A DNA stretch of 20,000 nt from Spirochaetales bacterium (GTDB taxonomy: Bacteria > Spirochaetota > Spirochaetia > Treponematales > UBA12059): positions 239,736 to 259,735 of the forward strand of contig JAFGJV010000004.1 of the NCBI GenBank assembly GCA_016928955.1, given 5' to 3'. Below the pieces are notes generated by a model that was given only the letters and a program-made list of their open reading frames with translations, searched no databases and was not told the DNA's origin. Each line of letters begins with the position of its first letter. The first letter of the stretch is position 1. The translations under genes were made by a program, and so were the position numbers. Shown piece by piece: positions 15,533 through 20,000 of this stretch.

Positions 15533-18127
15533 ATGGCCGAACAAGTACCCCTGCTCGAACAATACGAACGCATCAAGGCCCAGCACAAGAACGACATTCT
15601 GTTCTTCCGGCTTGGCGATTTTTACGAGATGTTCTTCCAGGATGCCCTGGAGGCCAGCTCTCTGCTCAACCTGACCCTTACCCACCGCCAGGACGCCCCC
15701 ATGTGCGGGGTGCCGTACCACGCGGCCCGGGGGTATATAGGACGACTCCTCAAGGCTGGCAAGCGGGTGGCCATTTGCGAACAGCTTGCTCCGCCCGGCA
15801 AGGGCAAGGGCGTCATCGAGCGCGCCGTCGTGGAGGTGGTCAGCCCCGGAACTGCCACCGACGAGGAATTTTTGGACGCTCGCAGCGACAACTACCTGGC
15901 GGCCTTCGGCCTGTTCGACGGAACCTGCGGCCTTGCCTGGGCAGACGCTTCCACAGGCGAGTTCAGGGCGGCGTCCTTTGAGTTCGGCGACGGCGAACGC
16001 CTGCGGCGGGAACTGTTCAGGCTCGGCCCCAAGGAATTGATCATCAGGCAGTCATGCATGGACGACCCGCTGGTGTCGCAGATGCTCGACGAGCACGGCG
16101 TGCCGCTCGTTAACCAAGTACCGGATTGGTCGTTCGGGATATCCCAGGGCAGGACGACTCTCCTTGCGCATTTCGGCACGGCCACCATGAAGGGCTACGG
16201 TTTTCAGGACGACGACCCGGCGCTTGCCGCTGCCGGCGCGGTACTGGACTACCTCCGAGACGTAGCCAGGATACGGCTGCATCATTTTGAAAGCCTCAAA
16301 CCGGTCGGAGACGGCGACCACGCGGCCATAGACGAGGCAAGCCAGAAAAACCTGGAGATAGACCGCAATCTCAGGGACGGTGGCAGGGCTTTCACGCTGC
16401 TGGACACCGTGGACGAGACCAGGACGGCCATGGGAGCCCGGGCCCTGCGCAAGCGCCTTCTTGAGCCGTTGTTGTCAGTTGCCGCAATAGAGAAACGTCT
16501 GGACCAGGTCGACTCCCTGTACCGCGACCAGAGATCGCTGGAAAAGGTCAGGCGGCATTTGTCAGCCTGCCTGGATCTAGAGCGGCTGGCGGCCAGGCTG
16601 GCCATGGACCGGGCGGGTCCTCGGGATCTTTTGGCCATGGCCGCGACCCTGGACGCAGCCGTGCGCGTTGAGGACGCCGTGCCGGAAAGCGGCAGGGAAC
16701 TCCTGACCGTGTTCGCATCCGCGGCCGAGCGCGAGCGGGCAAGGGCCTTCATGGACACCGTGCGCTCGGCCATAGCCAGCGAGCCTTCGGCCGCCATATC
16801 CGAAGGCGGCGTTATCAACGACGGCTGGAACGCGGAACTGGACGGCCTGAGGGCGCTCAAGTCCGACGCCCACGGTGTTCTGGCCGCCTATCTTGAAGAC
16901 GAGCGGGCGGCCACCGGCATTACGGGACTCAGGGTTAAATACAACCGCGTGATCGGCTACTATCTGGAACTGTCCAAAAAAGACGCGCCCAAGGTACCGT
17001 CCCATTTCATACGCAGGCAGAGCGTCATCAACGCCGAACGCTACAGCACGGAACGGCTTTCAGCCCTGGAATCAGACATCAACGGGGCCCAGGAGCGCAT
17101 AGCCGAGCTCGAACAGCGCCTGTTCGCGGATGTGCGCTCGCTCCTGAGGAACGACGCGGGCCTGCTCGCCGACGCGGCCGCGGCCCTTTCGGACGTGGAC
17201 TGCGCGTCCAGCCTCGCCTGGACAGCCACCACCAGGAACTACGTGCGTCCCCTGGTCGACGATTCCGACGTGCTGGCTGTGGACGGCGGTCGCCACCCGG
17301 TGGTGGAAGCCCATGCCCCATCCGGCGACTTTGTGCCAAACGACGTCAGCCTGAACGAGGACGGGGTGAGTTTTGCACTGATCACGGGACCGAACATGGC
17401 GGGCAAGTCCACGTTCCTACGGCAAAACGCCCTGATTGTTCTGCTGGCCCAGGCCGGATCCTTCGTGCCAGCCAGCAGAGCGCGGGTGGGCGTAGCGGAC
17501 AGGATTTTCTGCAGGGTGGGCGCCCAGGACAATCTTGCCCGGGGAGAGTCCACCTTCCTGCTCGAGATGCACGAAACGGCCAGTATTCTCAACAACGCAG
17601 GCAGGAAGAGCCTGGTCATCATGGACGAGGTGGGCAGGGGCACGGGCACCCTGGACGGCCTGTCCATAGCCTGGGCGGTCAGCGAGCATATACTGGACAA
17701 CATCCAGTGCCGCGCCCTGTTTGCCACCCATTACCATGAGCTGACCGCCCTACGGCATCCAAGGCTCCGCGATCTGTCCATGTCGGTGGAAGAGCGTGAA
17801 GGATCCGTGGTGTTCAAGCGCCGGGTGGTGCCCGGACCTGCCGCCGGATCCTTCGGTATCCATGTTGCGGGCCTGGCCGGCCTGCCCAAAAGCGTACTGG
17901 TACGGGCCCAGGCCATCAAAACCGAGCTGGAAGCCCAAGAAAAGCGCCTCCCCGAATATGGCGCGCCCGCTCCAAGCAGGGTGCCTGATTCGGGTTCCCT
18001 GTTCTCCGTGGAGGACATGGTGCTCGGGGAACTGCGGAGCATGGACCTCAACAAGATGACGCCACTCGAGGCGATGAACAGGCTAGCCGCCCTCAAGGCA
18101 GGCTTGTCGGCCCAAAAAGGCGCCTAA
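15533..18127 (+). CDS. mutS: DNA mismatch repair protein MutS (MutS1)
   Basis: LFFRLGDFYEMF (F-x-E), PMCGVPYHA, VAICEQ, GGRHPVVE, Walker A TGPNMAGKSTFLRQ, GESTF, IMDEVGRGT, FATHYHEL, MTPLEAMNRL. Start placed at ATG 15533. Confidence 0.98.
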   Translation: MAEQVPLLEQYERIKAQHKNDILFFRLGDFYEMFFQDALEASSLLNLTLTHRQDAPMCGVPYHAARGYIGRLLKAGKRVAICEQLAPPGKGKGVIERAVVEVVSPGTATDEEFLDARSDNYLAAFGLFDGTCGLAWADASTGEFRAASFEFGDGERLRRELFRLGPKELIIRQSCMDDPLVSQMLDEHGVPLVNQVPDWSFGISQGRTTLLAHFGTATMKGYGFQDDDPALAAAGAVLDYLRDVARIRLHHFESLKPVGDGDHAAIDEASQKNLEIDRNLRDGGRAFTLLDTVDETRTAMGARALRKRLLEPLLSVAAIEKRLDQVDSLYRDQRSLEKVRRHLSACLDLERLAARLAMDRAGPRDLLAMAATLDAAVRVEDAVPESGRELLTVFASAAERERARAFMDTVRSAIASEPSAAISEGGVINDGWNAELDGLRALKSDAHGVLAAYLEDERAATGITGLRVKYNRVIGYYLELSKKDAPKVPSHFIRRQSVINAERYSTERLSALESDINGAQERIAELEQRLFADVRSLLRNDAGLLADAAAALSDVDCASSLAWTATTRNYVRPLVDDSDVLAVDGGRHPVVEAHAPSGDFVPNDVSLNEDGVSFALITGPNMAGKSTFLRQNALIVLLAQAGSFVPASRARVGVADRIFCRVGAQDNLARGESTFLLEMHETASILNNAGRKSLVIMDEVGRGTGTLDGLSIAWAVSEHILDNIQCRALFATHYHELTALRHPRLRDLSMSVEEREGSVVFKRRVVPGPAAGSFGIHVAGLAGLPKSVLVRAQAIKTELEAQEKRLPEYGAPAPSRVPDSGSLFSVEDMVLGELRSMDLNKMTPLEAMNRLAALKAGLSAQKGA

Positions 18128-18182
18128 AAAAGGGCACCACGGCTCGCGCAAGCGCCGCGCGTCCGTCCGGCGTATTCCCGGC

Positions 18183-18884
18183 ATGGATGTACTCGTTGGC
18201 CTCCGGGCCGCCGCGGACCTGGTGTTTCCCCGGGGCTGCGCCGTTTGCGGGGCAGCCGTTTCTCCGGCTTCGCCCTGGCCGCTCTGCCCCTCCTGCGTCG
18301 GCCACTTGGTTCCCATGGCAGAGCCGCGCTGCTGCCGCTGCGGCAAGACCCTGCTATCCGAACATCAACTATGCACCCGTTGTAGGCAGGCTAGCTTCCA
18401 CTTCGGGCGGGCCATACCGGTGTACCGGTACGCCGGGACGGTCAAGTCGGCCATTCTGGTGTGGAAGGGCGGCGACCGGCGTTCCCTGTCCCGCCTTTTT
18501 GCCAGGTCGCTGCACACAGCGCTGTCTGAGCATTTCCCGGGTGCCGTGCTCGTACCCGTGCCCCCACGGCCGGGCAAAGTGCGCGCGCGCGGTTGGGACC
18601 AGGTCGACGACGTTGCCAGGATTCTAGAACGACAGTACGGATGGGCCGTGCTCAGGGCTCTGGCCCGCGTAGGGCGAGCAAGGGCCCAGAAGACGCTCGG
18701 CCTGGCGGAACGAGCGTCCAACCTCAGCGGCAGTATCGTGGTCACCCGGCCGCTCGTTTCCTCGGTCCCATACGTCCTGGTGGACGACATCATCACAACC
18801 GGGGCCACCCTGGACTCGTGCGCGCGCGCCCTTTTGTCCAAAGGAGCCGTATCGGTCAACGCGGTGACGCTGGCAGCCCATTGA
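18183..18884 (+). CDS. comF: ComF family protein (double zinc ribbon plus phosphoribosyltransferase domain)
   Basis: FPRGCAVCG, CPSC, CCRCG and CTRC Cys pairs; LVPVP, RGWDQV, QKTL...ERASNL; PRPP-binding loop LVDDIITTGATL. Confidence 0.92.
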   Translation: MDVLVGLRAAADLVFPRGCAVCGAAVSPASPWPLCPSCVGHLVPMAEPRCCRCGKTLLSEHQLCTRCRQASFHFGRAIPVYRYAGTVKSAILVWKGGDRRSLSRLFARSLHTALSEHFPGAVLVPVPPRPGKVRARGWDQVDDVARILERQYGWAVLRALARVGRARAQKTLGLAERASNLSGSIVVTRPLVSSVPYVLVDDIITTGATLDSCARALLSKGAVSVNAVTLAAH

Positions 18885-18957
18885 ATCGGATAGTGGCAGG
18901 CTCTACCTGGCCGTCTCAAGGAATTGAGTCTTTCATCAAACTGATAGGCGAGCGCTA

Positions 18958-18987
18958 TTGACGAAGAATGTTTAAAACGGCTATGAT
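18958..18987 (+). promoter_or_regulatory. sigma70-type promoter of the rimP-nusA operon
   Basis: TTGACG (18958-18963), 18-bp spacer, TATGAT (18982-18987), in an AT-rich intergenic region. Confidence 0.75.
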
Positions 18988-19013
18988 GCGATGACAGCTC
19001 AATAATCGGAAGT

Positions 19014-19043
19014 AAAAAGAGTCGTGCCGCGACTCTTTTTTTT
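19014..19043 (+). terminator. rimP leader intrinsic terminator/attenuator
   Basis: AAAAAGAGTCG (19014-19024) pairs with CGACTCTTTTT (19030-19040), with T8 at 19036-19043. It sits between the promoter and the rimP start at 19052. Confidence 0.85.
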
Positions 19044-19051
19044 GTAGGTAT

Positions 19052-19498
19052 ATGACAGAGTCAGAAGAACTCTATGGACATATCGCCGACATGCTGGAAA
19101 GCGTCGGCATCAAGCTGGTTGACTTGACGGTCAGCCGTCATCGCAGCTCCATCCAAGTGAGCGCCGTCGTGTATTACCCGGCGGGCACAGGCATCGACGA
19201 ATGTTCCCGGTCCCACAGGCTCATGCAGCCAAAACTGGTGGAATACCTGGGCACAGAGGATTTCGGCCTGGAAGTGGCGTCGCCCGGCATAGACCGCGTG
19301 CTCAAGTCGGCGCGGGAATACCAGATTTTCAAAGGCCGCGGCCTCCGCGTCGTCATGGCCGACGGATCTCGAAAGGGCGGCATCCTTGAGGCCTATGACG
19401 GCACAACCCTGACGCTCGCCGGCAACGACGGAACCGAATCCGTGCCGGTGTCCGATATTCTCAAGGCAAAATTAGATTCTACCCAGGAGGGCAGGTAA
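19052..19498 (+). CDS. rimP: Ribosome maturation factor RimP
   Basis: GTGIDECSRSHR and LEVASPGIDRVLK motifs, 148 aa, directly upstream of nusA. Confidence 0.95.
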   Translation: MTESEELYGHIADMLESVGIKLVDLTVSRHRSSIQVSAVVYYPAGTGIDECSRSHRLMQPKLVEYLGTEDFGLEVASPGIDRVLKSAREYQIFKGRGLRVVMADGSRKGGILEAYDGTTLTLAGNDGTESVPVSDILKAKLDSTQEGR

Positions 19499-19501
19499 TC
19501 C

Positions 19502-20000
19502 ATGGCATCAGAAATGGCAGAAGCTATCCGCCAGCTGATTTTTGACAAGGGCATATCCGAGGACCTGGTCCTCAAGACCATAGAAGATGCCCTCCTGGCG
19601 GCTTTCAAGAAACGGTTCGGAACCTCCGAAAACGCGGTCATCCGCTTCAAGGACGACTACGATGGCGTGGAAATCCTGGCCAAAAAGACCATCGTCGAAG
19701 AAGTGGACGATCCGGCCCTGGAAATCGAGCTTGAAGAGGCCCTGGAACTGGCCGAGGGAGCCGAGGTCGGGGACATACTGGAAATCCCCGTGGACCCCAC
19801 CGAGTTCGACCTTCAGGAGGTCATGCTCGCCAAGCAGACGACGCGCCAGTCGCTCAGGGAGATTTCTCGCGATACCCTGTTCGCCGAGTTCAACGCCAAG
19901 CGCGGGGAAATCATCATCGGCTATTACCAGCGCGAGAAAAACGGCAACATATACGTGGATCTGGGCAAAACCGAGGGCTTCTTCCCGCGCAAATTCCAGT
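19502..20000 (+). CDS. nusA: Transcription termination/antitermination factor NusA (3'-truncated by window edge)
   Basis: Not in the ORF track because it has no stop in the window. SD AGGAGG precedes ATG 19502. My translation: MASEMAEAIRQLIFDKGISEDLVLKTIEDALLAAFKKRFG...AKQTTRQSLREISRDTLFAEFNAKRGEIIIGYYQREKNGNIYVDLGKTEGFFP (NusA N-terminal domain plus start of S1). Confidence 0.96.
   Translation, partial: MASEMAEAIRQLIFDKGISEDLVLKTIEDALLAAFKKRFGTSENAVIRFKDDYDGVEILAKKTIVEEVDDPALEIELEEALELAEGAEVGDILEIPVDPTEFDLQEVMLAKQTTRQSLREISRDTLFAEFNAKRGEIIIGYYQREKNGNIYVDLGKTEGFFPRKFQ

Noticed and set aside
15425..15721. N-terminal extension of the STAS ORF (272 aa)
   Set aside because: It is antisense to the mutS 5' end and promoter. 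STAS homology starts near 15406-15424.
18885..18957. Short inverted repeats (CAGG..CCTG, CTCAA-GGAA-TTGAG, ATCA..TGAT) upstream of the rimP promoter; possible tRNA or ncRNA remnant
   Set aside because: Stems are only 4-5 bp, with no T-loop (GTTC) or CCA end and no cloverleaf. Not distinguishable from chance.
1..20000. CRISPR arrays, IS elements, prophage, tRNA or rRNA genes
   Set aside because: No regularly spaced repeats, transposase/integrase motifs or structural RNA signatures were seen. Intergenic gaps are all short and explained by promoters or terminators.

Overview
GC-rich bacterial chromosomal segment, most likely from a spirochaete (class Spirochaetia), judged from gene order and protein motifs. 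Left to right: a heterodimeric ABC exporter pair (first gene truncated by the window edge); ruvA-ruvB-queA; a convergent secreted hypothetical protein and thymidylate kinase (tmk); tamB-bamA-skp; a convergent orphan STAS/anti-anti-sigma protein; and mutS-comF-rimP-nusA (truncated). The tmk-tamB-bamA-skp-mutS-comF-rimP-nusA order matches the arrangement I recall for Borrelia (about bb0793-bb0800), with a STAS gene added. I saw no mobile element, CRISPR array, tRNA or rRNA, and nothing I can call a new multi-gene system. The most interesting signals are regulatory. Five genes (ruvA, the hypothetical, tmk, tamB, mutS) have a -10 box 6-9 nt from the start codon and no usable SD, suggesting leaderless transcripts. 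One of these has a sigma28-type GCCGATAT box. There is also a terminator-like attenuator before rimP-nusA, a near-palindrome between the divergent tmk and tamB promoters, and a reverse-oriented terminator directly upstream of skp. All assignments come from motif recognition only; no searches were run.
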